Positions 43,409 through 51,416 of a stretch of DNA of 64,000 bases are shown here, piece by piece. The notes under the pieces are model-generated. The model was not told the origin of the DNA. It saw only the letters and a program-made list of their open reading frames with translations, and did not search any database. Source of the stretch: Sedimentisphaerales bacterium (lineage in GTDB: Bacteria > Planctomycetota > Phycisphaerae > Sedimentisphaerales > Anaerobacaceae); assembly GCA_035527155.1 (NCBI GenBank), contig DATLBB010000074.1:1029-65028 (forward strand), read 5' to 3'. Each line of letters opens with the position of its first letter. The first letter of the stretch is position 1. A program made the translations under genes and the position numbers.

Positions 43409-44254
43409 TTATCTGAAACCCAAGCTAAGACTCTTCGCCAGCAAACCCCATCCGTCAACAAGAATGAACAGCATCAGCTTGAAAGGCAGGGAAATCATCA
43501 TAGGCGGCAGCATCATCATACCCGCACTGAGCAAGACACTTGCTATTACCACATCTATCAGCAAAAAAGGAATAAACAAAAGGCAGCCTATCTCAAATGC
43601 GGTACGAAATTCACTGATAATAAATGCCGGGATTACTATATGCATTCCGATATCCATCGCATTAGCAGGAGGCTTCATCTTGGCCATCTGCACAAAAAGA
43701 GCCAAATCAGATTCTCTGCTCTGGCGAAGCATAAATTCCTTCATACAATTGCCTGCCCTGGCTCCGGCCGTTTGAAAATCAATCTGGTCTGCAATATAAG
43801 GCTGAATTGATTCCGTGTTGACCCTGGCAAATGTTGGTGCCATTGTATACATGGTCAGAAATAAGGCCAGCCCTATGACAGCAATGGTGGGTGGTATGGT
43901 TTGTGTGGTCAAAGCGCGACGAACAAAGGCCAAAACGATAACTATTCTCGTAAACGATGTCATCATCATCAGAAGACTTGGTAAAATCGCCAGAACGGTA
44001 AAGATGATTACAAGTTTGACAGGTGTCGACCAATCTTTGTCTTTATCTTCGCTGGTGGTTGCCTTGTCTATAACAGTCATCAAATCGCCGATGCTCGGGA
44101 CTCCGGCAACGGGCGCACTTTCTTCCGATATACTGCCAGGCATTGTCGGCAGCGGTAATTGACGGGCCGTATTAACACCCCTGCCAAATGAGAAACGGCC
44201 CGGTAACAAAACAACAAACAACAGAAACGATATTCTAATAAGCTTATCAGCCAT
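43409..44254 (-). CDS. fliP: Flagellar export protein FliP
   Basis: MMTSFTRIVIVLAFVRRALTTQTIPPTIAVIGLALFLTMYTMAP and FIISEFRTAFEIGCLLFIPFLLIDVVIASVLLSAGMMMLPP. Confidence 0.95.
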   Translation of the reverse strand: MADKLIRISFLLFVVLLPGRFSFGRGVNTARQLPLPTMPGSISEESAPVAGVPSIGDLMTVIDKATTSEDKDKDWSTPVKLVIIFTVLAILPSLLMMMTSFTRIVIVLAFVRRALTTQTIPPTIAVIGLALFLTMYTMAPTFARVNTESIQPYIADQIDFQTAGARAGNCMKEFMLRQSRESDLALFVQMAKMKPPANAMDIGMHIVIPAFIISEFRTAFEIGCLLFIPFLLIDVVIASVLLSAGMMMLPPMMISLPFKLMLFILVDGWGLLAKSLSLGFR

Positions 44255-44794
44255 TTATACCCTCACAGTATCCCTCTCCTGCTCCTGCGGAGATAGAGCC
44301 GCCAGCGCATCCGTTACGTCAGCCAATTTTGTGATATTTTCATTTGTACTGCCTATAAGAATCCATTGGTGACCTATTCTGAGCAGATGTACCGTTTTGC
44401 GTGGTCCAAGGTGGACTGTTTCGACGACGCGAATTTCTTTGCCCGGCAGGTTAGTAATCCTTGGCAGAAGCTTTTTTGAAACGTAAATCGCTGCTGCTCC
44501 CAGAACAGCAACGAGCACAACCATAAACATCGTTTTGAAGAACAGCTCCCGGCCACCAAAACCCTCATCCGCTCTCGCAGGCACATTTGGGTCGCTTGCG
44601 AACAGAGAGCCGGCTACAAATTTCGACCCGCCACCGGCGGGTACCGACCCAAACGCAGCTTTGCCGGGTCCTGATTCCGGCCCATCAGCGGTGAATTGCC
44701 CCAGGCAGACCACGAGCAAACCGCCGACTATCGCAGCCGTTACCAGAAACGCAACGTTTTTTTGTCTTTTTCCCGTCACGCTAAAGCACACCAA
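44255..44794 (-). CDS. fliO: FliO-like protein
   Basis: Immediately upstream of fliP. TM segment plus IRVVETVHLGPRKTVHLLRIGHQWILIGSTNENITKL, typical of FliO. TTG or GTG start; the exact start is uncertain. Confidence 0.6.
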   Translation of the reverse strand: MVCFSVTGKRQKNVAFLVTAAIVGGLLVVCLGQFTADGPESGPGKAAFGSVPAGGGSKFVAGSLFASDPNVPARADEGFGGRELFFKTMFMVVLVAVLGAAAIYVSKKLLPRITNLPGKEIRVVETVHLGPRKTVHLLRIGHQWILIGSTNENITKLADVTDALAALSPQEQERDTVRV

Positions 44795-44813
44795 ATATAT
44801 CTTTTAGTTTCAC

Positions 44814-44857
44814 TCCCACACCAATTGAGCTTAGGCTTGCACCTAATTGGTGCGGGA
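44814..44857. repeat. 44-nt hairpin element (13-bp stem)
   Basis: TCCCACACCAATT-GAGCTTAGGCTTGCACCT-AATTGGTGCGGGA. A related copy lies at 45827-45870 and a shortened copy at 44996-45027. Confidence 0.8.
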
Positions 44858-44873
44858 TTATACTTGTCTGGTA

Positions 44874-44889
44874 TGCAAATACCGTGCCG
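44874..44889 (-). promoter_or_regulatory. Sigma-54 promoter (CGGCAC-GGTAT-TTGCA)
   Basis: Exact GGCAC-N5-TTGC match on the minus strand, 80 nt upstream of the fliO start, inside the 247-bp motB-fliO gap. Confidence 0.5.
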
Positions 44890-45040
44890 AAACGCCAAAA
44901 TGGGTATTACTATGGTGTTAGCAGCAATTTGAACGCGAAGGCGGGTGGATAATCGAACAAATTGTCGAAAAACTTGACAAGCACACAGCTTCGCATCCCA
45001 CACATATAGAGCCTAATAGGTGCGGGATGTTGCCAGAGAA

Positions 45041-45072
45041 ATTAATCGCCTGCCCTCAGAACGGCGATTAAT
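45041..45072 (-). terminator. 10-bp perfect hairpin overlapping the stop codon of the distal motB paralogue (possible terminator)
   Basis: ATTAATCGCC-N12-GGCGATTAAT, followed on the minus strand by TTTCTCT. The T-tract is weak. Confidence 0.3.
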
Positions 45073-45776
45073 ATCTGTGTCTGTTTGGAAATCGGGCTAT
45101 CTTGCCCTACCCAGTCGCCGCCGGGTCCCGCCCCCCACGAATAAACAGGCCAATTGGAGGCTGAAGGCAAAGTATCCCGCAGGAAGTCAGCCACTACCTG
45201 GGCCCGCCCTGCTGACAGTATCCACTGCTGTTTCTCAGCAGCTTCATCGCGAGCCAAGCCAAGCACGTAGAGCTTGATGGCCTCATCACTCCGGTCATGC
45301 TGTAAATCCAGGCAAAATTCGGTCAAAAACCTCTTTGCCGGCCCATTCAAGGTTGCTTCGCCCGGAGGAAAGCGAACATTGGTTACTGAAAAATTGGTTT
45401 TTTTTGCCACTATTTGTGAAGGCATAGTCTCCATAGACCGCTGTACTTCTTTAAAAAGTCGACGAATCTCTTCTTCTTTTGCGTGTATGGTCCTGCCGGG
45501 GAATTGCTTATCAGGAGTTTCTATGAAGTATTTGATTTTAACACTGCCGAATTCAGGCGCTCGCTTTCTGCTGTAAAGCATGCCAAGTCCGAGCTCTTTC
45601 ATAGATTGCATAAATGAACCCCGGCCTTTGTAAAATAATTCCGGGTCCATCACATTCGCCAGACCCAGCAGCATCACAAAGAATGTCAGCAACAGCGTCG
45701 TTATATCTGAAAATGTAACGATATAGGCCGGGACTTTTGGGCCTTCTGACTCGGCTGACTTCTTCTGAGGGCTCAA
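45042..45776 (-). CDS. motB: MotB-family stator protein, distal paralogue
   Basis: PAYIVTFSDITTLLLTFFVMLL (TM segment with conserved Asp). OmpA-like C-terminus with WILSAGRAQVVADFL. Confidence 0.8.
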   Translation of the reverse strand: MSPQKKSAESEGPKVPAYIVTFSDITTLLLTFFVMLLGLANVMDPELFYKGRGSFMQSMKELGLGMLYSRKRAPEFGSVKIKYFIETPDKQFPGRTIHAKEEEIRRLFKEVQRSMETMPSQIVAKKTNFSVTNVRFPPGEATLNGPAKRFLTEFCLDLQHDRSDEAIKLYVLGLARDEAAEKQQWILSAGRAQVVADFLRDTLPSASNWPVYSWGAGPGGDWVGQDSPISKQTQILIAVLRAGD

Positions 45777-46468
45777 TTGTAAATACTCCGTTCTAATAAA
45801 ACTATCTCGAGCATGTGTTCCGGTTCCCCCGCAGCAATTGAGCTTATGCTCGCGCCTAACTGGTGCGGGGCAAGAGTGCTTTCTGCTGAGATGCTGAACC
45901 GTTTCCTGTCAAGGTTTTGTTCTGTTGTAAGATACTTTAACACCGCCCATGCCCTGGGCAGACCAAACTGCCCACGGCCCCGGTCGTCGTCCGGCCCATT
46001 TTCGCTGATTACTACGCGGTTAGGCATCTCTTTTAAGAATGATGCCAGGATGGACATAATATTGCGACCTTCAGCCGAAATTGCTGTGCCTTTAGCCCAA
46101 AAAATTCTTTTAGATTCGATTAAGAATACCTTCTGACGTTGGAAATCCACAGGGTCTGTTTCTTGTTTTGTTCTCTCCTTAGTTCCCCTGACTAAAGTAG
46201 GTTTTTCGCTGCCTTCGTCCAGCTTATCCAGTTCCTGGATTCGCTTTATAGGCACAAAAGCATCCGTATCCTTTTTGGCTTTCGGAGTCGCCGCAGGCAG
46301 AGCATCGGCGAAAATTACTTTTAATTGCTGAAAGATTGCCTTATCGAAGGATGAAAAACTCAAAAGAAGTACAAAAAACGTCAGCAGAAGCGTCATACAA
46401 TCACTAAAAGTGACCATCCATTCCGGTGCACCCGGAGTATCATCGTCCTCGGACTGTCTTTTCCTCAT
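45773..46468 (-). CDS. motB: MotB-family stator protein, proximal paralogue
   Basis: PEWMVTFSDCMTLLLTFFVLLL (conserved Asp). The OmpA-like C-terminus is more degenerate (FGLPRAWAVLKYL). The ATG overlaps the motA stop (TAATG). Confidence 0.8.
   Translation of the reverse strand: MRKRQSEDDDTPGAPEWMVTFSDCMTLLLTFFVLLLSFSSFDKAIFQQLKVIFADALPAATPKAKKDTDAFVPIKRIQELDKLDEGSEKPTLVRGTKERTKQETDPVDFQRQKVFLIESKRIFWAKGTAISAEGRNIMSILASFLKEMPNRVVISENGPDDDRGRGQFGLPRAWAVLKYLTTEQNLDRKRFSISAESTLAPHQLGASISSIAAGEPEHMLEIVLLERSIYN
45827..45870. repeat. Copy of the 44-nt hairpin element inside the proximal motB 3' coding region
   Basis: CCCCGCAGCAATTGAGCTTATGCTCGCGCCTAACTGGTGCGGGG aligns with 44814-44857. It encodes APHQLGASISSIAAG. 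Confidence 0.75.
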
Positions 46469-47238
46469 TATACGGTAGCCTTGACTTCTTCCCGCCTGCC
46501 CTGAGAAACAAATATCTGTATTTTTTCTCGAACAGTAGTGGGGTTATCACCTCGTGAAATAGCGATGATACCTTCAACAATCATTTCCATTGCGGTGGAC
46601 TCCGCTTTGGAATAAAGCCCCAATTTTCCAGCTAATGGGATAAATATCAAATTAGCACTTAATGCACCGTAGAAAGTGGTAATCAAAGCTACCGCCATTC
46701 CTCCACCAATCGATTCAGGTGAGTCCAGGCTTCTAAGCATCTGGATGAGACCGATAAGTGTGCCTATCATCCCAAAAGCAGGAGCAGCCGAACCCATAAA
46801 CTCTAATATCTTCTTACCGGTTGAATGGCGCTCCTGGAGGTGTTGGATTTCCATAGACAATAATTCCTGAATGTCCTCGGCATTCTGTCCATCCACGAGC
46901 ATCTGCAGACCCTTAGCGAAAAACAAATTGTCTATGTTTTGAATCTCCTGGTCCAGAGCCAGTGGACCATCACGCCTGCTTATGGCCGCGTAGTTGACCA
47001 TCTTTTGAATCAGCTCCGACTGAGGCGGTATCTTTGCAATAATTGTCTTCCTGATAACCGAAAATATGCCCAAAAACTGGGGCAGCGAAAAATGTATGAG
47101 GGTCGCACAAAGCATTCCTCCCATAGTGATGGCCAACGAGGGGATATGTATAAATATTTGCCAGCCACCGCCAGCGACAATGGCGGTCGTAATGACCACA
47201 AAACCAAGAAGTATTCCTATTATCGTTGCAATGTCCAT
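46468..47238 (-). CDS. motA: Stator protein MotA/PomA
   Basis: 256 aa with four TM segments, MDIATIIGILLGFVVITTAIV..., and C-terminal GGMAVALITTFYGALSANLIFIPLAGKL. Confidence 0.9.
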   Translation of the reverse strand: MDIATIIGILLGFVVITTAIVAGGGWQIFIHIPSLAITMGGMLCATLIHFSLPQFLGIFSVIRKTIIAKIPPQSELIQKMVNYAAISRRDGPLALDQEIQNIDNLFFAKGLQMLVDGQNAEDIQELLSMEIQHLQERHSTGKKILEFMGSAAPAFGMIGTLIGLIQMLRSLDSPESIGGGMAVALITTFYGALSANLIFIPLAGKLGLYSKAESTAMEMIVEGIIAISRGDNPTTVREKIQIFVSQGRREEVKATV

Positions 47239-47242
47239 AGAA

Positions 47243-47959
47243 CTACTGTACCTCGGTTATTTGTTTCAATCTCCGGCACAAAAGAGCTGCAAGTGTGGGC
47301 TCAGAAGTGACTAACTCAGCTAATACCTTGGCTTTTGTCCTTTCGGTCATATAGTGCAGAATCTTCACGGAGTCATCGAGGCTGGCGGCCGCCCATACAA
47401 CATCAGTACCTTGTACTTGTTTTGTACACATATTCGTCAATATTTTACCGGCACTGCTGGAGTCCATCTTGTCATAAGTGGCGGCTATTTTTACCAGGTT
47501 GGTCTTTTCGTCACGGGCAACCCCAACTCTGGTCTGAAGCAGCTTATCGCGCTGCTCCTTGAGACTTGCAACGATTGAAGCAAGCTCAATTCGCAGATTA
47601 TTGAGGTCCTCGATGTCCTTTTTTAACGTATCCTGAGCGATTCGCAGTCTCTGCTCTCGTTGCTCAAAGGTCTGCAGCTTATTGTCATACTCCTGCATCT
47701 TTTGGCGGACCTCAAAGACAAGACTCTTGAGCCGTTTTTCCGTCATAGTTTTCCTTGTCACGTCATCCACAGTACCAACGGTGCCTATCGGCTGCGGCAG
47801 CCCCGGCTTGGCAACGGAATCGGAGGCAGTAAGTTCGGGCTGACTCGAGTCATCGCTCGCCCTTACCGGCGCTGCTTTAGTAAGCCATGCCAGGAGGAAC
47901 GCTCCAACAAAGCTTACCAGCCCCGCTGCCGCTATCATTATTATTAGTTTCTTACTCAC
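47243..47959 (-). CDS. YlxF/MotE-like protein (TM segment + coiled coil + MgtE-N-like C-terminus)
   Basis: TM segment LIIMIAAAGLVSFVGAFLLAWL, coiled coil, then KIAATYDKMDSSSAGKILTNM...SVKILHYMTERTKAKVLAEL. It holds the same post-fliJ position as B. subtilis ylxF. Confidence 0.55.
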   Translation of the reverse strand: MSKKLIIMIAAAGLVSFVGAFLLAWLTKAAPVRASDDSSQPELTASDSVAKPGLPQPIGTVGTVDDVTRKTMTEKRLKSLVFEVRQKMQEYDNKLQTFEQREQRLRIAQDTLKKDIEDLNNLRIELASIVASLKEQRDKLLQTRVGVARDEKTNLVKIAATYDKMDSSSAGKILTNMCTKQVQGTDVVWAAASLDDSVKILHYMTERTKAKVLAELVTSEPTLAALLCRRLKQITEVQ

Positions 47960-48013
47960 TGGTTTTCTCCTTTTTTCTGCGCGTCATCCCGAACTTATCG
48001 GGACCGCAAAATC

Positions 48014-48487
48014 TCAACTCTTGTTATTGCTTACTCTTTCCCGCTGTATCATATTTCGAGCGAATGAAACTGAAGCCGTCTCGTCTAATTCTTTCTGTTC
48101 AAGTTTCTCCTGTTCCTTTATAAATTGCATTTTTGCTTCGGCCCTTAACCTTTCCAAACCTTCTTTAAACTTTCTGACCTTTAAAAGCTCGGCAATCTTC
48201 TCTCTCTGTCGTGATTCCAGCTCGCTCGTTTTTTCTTTGAGTTTTTTAACCTGCTCATCACTTGTCCCAGAATATCTCAAGAAGAATTCCTGCCTTCCTA
48301 ATCGCTTCTTAGGATTTTCCTCTGCCAAACCAGCGATTACATCCTCCAATATTCTCTGCTGCATGAGCAGCCGGCCTCGTGTCTCAGCGAGCATTTCGGT
48401 CAGCTCAAGCAGTTCTGCTCTCATTTTTTGCTCCTTCTTTGTCTTTATGTCGAGGACGCGCTGCAAACGCCAAACAAATCGCTTCAT
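48014..48487 (-). CDS. fliJ: Flagellar export stalk protein FliJ
   Basis: 157 aa, all coiled coil. FVWRLQRVLDIKTKKEQKMRAELLEL N-terminus. Positioned after fliI. Confidence 0.75.
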   Translation of the reverse strand: MKRFVWRLQRVLDIKTKKEQKMRAELLELTEMLAETRGRLLMQQRILEDVIAGLAEENPKKRLGRQEFFLRYSGTSDEQVKKLKEKTSELESRQREKIAELLKVRKFKEGLERLRAEAKMQFIKEQEKLEQKELDETASVSFARNMIQRERVSNNKS

Positions 48488-48501
48488 TTAACTTCCAATT
48501 C

Positions 48502-49863
48502 TCAACTCTCGGTATTTAACAGTTGGTCCCACGATTGTGTAATAGCAGTCAACCGGCTGACAGTTTCTTCGAAATCGGTTCTCTCTCGAACAGGCTGAAT
48601 GAGAAAGGTGTTTATCCTTTCAATCAGGGCTATCGCCCCATCGATACGCCGATTGCTGCCCGCTGAAAACGCACCAATGTTTATTAAATCTTCAGCGTCA
48701 ATATAAATGGCATATATTTCTTTGAGCTTCTGTGCAGCAAGCTGGTGTTTTTTGCTCGTCACCGCCGGCATGAGTCGGCTGATGCTTTGTAAAATATCGA
48801 CAGCAGGATAATGTCCCCTGTCAGCCAATTTTCTTGACAGCACTATATGGCCATCCAGCAGACTCTTGGCACTATCAGCCACAGGGTCAGTCAAATCATC
48901 GTTTTCAACCAGGACTGTCAGAATACCTGTGATGCTGCCGGTCTCGGCACAGCCCAGACGTTCGATAAGTCTCGGCATCACCGAAAAAACGCTCGGACAG
49001 TAGCCCTTTGTGGCCGGCGGCTCACCCGCTGCAAGGCCTATTTCCCGTTGTGCCTGTGCAAACCGCGTAAGTGAGTCCATCATAAATAAAACGCTCATGC
49101 CCCTGTCCCTGAAGTACTCGGCTATTGTAACAGCTACGAATGCCGCCTTTACCCGCTGAATGGGAGGCGAATCCGATGCGGCAACGACGACAACACTGCG
49201 TGCCAGGCCCTCTGCACCAAGGTCGGCCTCGAGAAATTCGCGGACCTCTCGCCCACGCTCGCCTATCAACGCCACAACATTGACGGCAGCATCGCTCGAA
49301 TTGGCAATATCGCCGAGCAGAACACTCTTGCCCACTCCGCTGCCCGAGAAGATGCCTATTCGCTGCCCCCTGCCGCAGGTCAATACCCCGTCCATTGACC
49401 TGATGCCTAAAGCCAAAGGACGTGTAATCTTTTCGCGACTCAAAGGTGGCGGACTGCCTGCATCCAATAGCTTCTTGTCCGTCCCTGCTAACGGTCCCTT
49501 ACCATCGATAGGCTCTCCTAACCCATTTACGACTCTACCGAGAATGCTTTCGTTTAGACTAATATAGCGTGGGGTAGTTCTTGCAGTTACCGTATCGCCC
49601 GGTGATATGCCCTCTATATGCTCTAAAGGCAGCAGGATAAAGTGGTCGTTCTGGAAACCTACGACCTCAGCGAGCACTCGCCGGCCATCGCGAAGATGGA
49701 TACCGCAAAGCTCACCTAAGCCCACTACCGGACCATTAGATTCAATCGTCAGACCTGTGACCCGCACAACCGAACCGCGGCAATCTAACAGATTCACATC
49801 CTGCAGTGCCGAGTGAAATTTCTCAAAATCAATTGAGCATTTACTAAGCTGATTCGCAGTCAT
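48502..49863 (-). CDS. fliI: Flagellum-specific ATPase FliI
   Basis: Walker A GIFSGSGVGKSVLLG, Walker B VLFMMDSLTRFA, and an F1-beta-like sequence throughout. Confidence 0.95.
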   Translation of the reverse strand: MTANQLSKCSIDFEKFHSALQDVNLLDCRGSVVRVTGLTIESNGPVVGLGELCGIHLRDGRRVLAEVVGFQNDHFILLPLEHIEGISPGDTVTARTTPRYISLNESILGRVVNGLGEPIDGKGPLAGTDKKLLDAGSPPPLSREKITRPLALGIRSMDGVLTCGRGQRIGIFSGSGVGKSVLLGDIANSSDAAVNVVALIGERGREVREFLEADLGAEGLARSVVVVAASDSPPIQRVKAAFVAVTIAEYFRDRGMSVLFMMDSLTRFAQAQREIGLAAGEPPATKGYCPSVFSVMPRLIERLGCAETGSITGILTVLVENDDLTDPVADSAKSLLDGHIVLSRKLADRGHYPAVDILQSISRLMPAVTSKKHQLAAQKLKEIYAIYIDAEDLINIGAFSAGSNRRIDGAIALIERINTFLIQPVRERTDFEETVSRLTAITQSWDQLLNTES

Positions 49864-49866
49864 AAA

Positions 49867-50403
49867 TTATTCCGCCGTCTTAAGCGCTTTGCCGATTCGT
49901 TCCAGATGCTCCTCAATCAACGATTCGATTATTCCTTTTGGAGTCTCCAGCAAACATTCCGCCCGCCCAATATTTTGGTCCGAAACAAACTTAATACCGG
50001 CAAAGCTGCCATTCGGCTCATCTTGCTGCGCTTTCTGGCACAGAAGATGGTCTTCAGAATTCAAATGCACGACCACATCCTGACGTGTGGGAGCATTTTC
50101 AAGTGCTTCTTTGACAATAGCTTCTATTTCATAATCTCCATTCTGAACTTTTTGCACTAAAATCTTTCTGGCGATTTCCACGGAAAGTCTGGCAATTTCC
50201 TCTTTGTGCTCGGCAAATAATCGGTCGTAAAATTGATTGAGCTTGGCAACCACGTTCTTAATCGCAGATTTCGCTGATTCCAAGGATTTTAATTCTTCAT
50301 TATTTTCTGCGTAATCCGTGATTAATGATTTCTTTGCCGAATCGTCTAAGATTCTCACCGACACAATTGGCTTCTCAAGATGGACCGTAAGATTCTGCGA
50401 CAT
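49867..50403 (-). CDS. fliH: Flagellar export regulator FliH
   Basis: EEIARLSVEIARKILVQKVQNGDYEIEAIVKEALENAP...VVVHLNSED...IGRAECLLETPKGIIESLIEEHLERI. ATG 50403 lies 4 nt after the fliG stop. Confidence 0.75.
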   Translation of the reverse strand: MSQNLTVHLEKPIVSVRILDDSAKKSLITDYAENNEELKSLESAKSAIKNVVAKLNQFYDRLFAEHKEEIARLSVEIARKILVQKVQNGDYEIEAIVKEALENAPTRQDVVVHLNSEDHLLCQKAQQDEPNGSFAGIKFVSDQNIGRAECLLETPKGIIESLIEEHLERIGKALKTAE

Positions 50404-50407
50404 TGTG

Positions 50408-51409
50408 CTATCGCCCCACCATTCTAAGTTTGCCCTGCTCATTGGCTTCCCGCAGCGGCACGACAACTTCCTCTCTCGCATCAAGAACTTCTTTTTCCAG
50501 CGGCTCCTGCATCAGTGAAGCTTCTTCATCAAGCATAGCCGCAGCCCGCTCAGATATATTTGAGCGTATCTTTTGCGCGATCTCATCATCCGCCCCATAA
50601 AGCGCAACCGCCAATTTGCCTGAATCCACGGTTCGCAGCGCTTCCTGCAGAGACCTGTCAGCTACTGACCGAATATCTTCCCAGGTTACCATCAAATTCC
50701 TCACCGTCTTACCGGTTTCCTCATCGTGTTTGCCTATCTCACCAACCAATTGGTCTCGCAGGTCTCTCTCCAGACCACTTAGCATAATAGCAAGTTTTCG
50801 CAGATTTTGTTCCCGTCTTCCAGGTCTTATGACAAGGGTCTCTCCTTTGAGATCCCTCAGCCGCTCGTTAACCATAGTTGCCATCCGCTGCCTCACTTCA
50901 GCTCCCAGCACATCCGGATTGGTCATTTTGCAGACGGCTTTTAGACGAACTTCTTCACCCAAAAGTGACAGAACCTCCTGGCTTTTCTGGGGAGACAGCT
51001 CCGACAGTACGACAGCAACGGTCTGTGGGTGTTCACCCTCCAGTGCAAGAACCAATTCGTCGGTGCTGGCCGAACGAATATTCATAAACAGGTCTTTGTT
51101 TACCATAACTTTTTTAATCTGAGATTGAATTTGCTTCGCCTGCTCTTTGCCAAGGATGCTTACAAGCATCTCGCCGAGAAAAGTTTTTATGTTAAATGCC
51201 TGAGTCTGACTATCCTGAAGTGATTTACAGAACTCCTGGATGACCCTTGCTTGTTCCCTGGTATCGTGCTGCTCCGCTGCATCAATTCGCGCAAGCTCTA
51301 TGGCAATCTCCTGAATCTCTTCGGGTTCGAGCCCCTTGAGCAGCTCGGCAGCAGTCGGGGTATCCAGACTCATCAACAGCATCGCAGCTTTTTGCCTACC
51401 CGTCAGCAT
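50408..51409 (-). CDS. fliG: Rotor/switch protein FliG (canonical-looking copy)
   Basis: GRQKAAMLLMSLDTPTAAELLKGL, EHPQ motif, MVTWEDI, and the charged torque helix ISERAAAMLDEEASL. Confidence 0.9.
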   Translation of the reverse strand: MLTGRQKAAMLLMSLDTPTAAELLKGLEPEEIQEIAIELARIDAAEQHDTREQARVIQEFCKSLQDSQTQAFNIKTFLGEMLVSILGKEQAKQIQSQIKKVMVNKDLFMNIRSASTDELVLALEGEHPQTVAVVLSELSPQKSQEVLSLLGEEVRLKAVCKMTNPDVLGAEVRQRMATMVNERLRDLKGETLVIRPGRREQNLRKLAIMLSGLERDLRDQLVGEIGKHDEETGKTVRNLMVTWEDIRSVADRSLQEALRTVDSGKLAVALYGADDEIAQKIRSNISERAAAMLDEEASLMQEPLEKEVLDAREEVVVPLREANEQGKLRMVGR

Positions 51410-51416
51410 TACTTAC

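Noticed and set aside
44814-44857. Possible tRNA or tRNA fragment, because the minus strand reads GCCTAAGCTCAATTGGTG (D-arm-like)
   Set aside because: There is no T-arm (GTTCGAATC-type), no acceptor stem and no anticodon arm. The sequence folds as a simple 13-bp hairpin and recurs inside motB, so it is a repeat element.
45042-47238. motA/motB/motB alternatively interpreted as an ExbB-ExbD-ExbD or TolQ-TolR system
   Set aside because: The MotB-like proteins are 231-244 aa with OmpA-like C-termini and the VTFSD...TLLLTFF segment typical of MotB. The genes sit inside the flagellar operon between the ylxF-like gene and fliO. A profile search would still be decisive.
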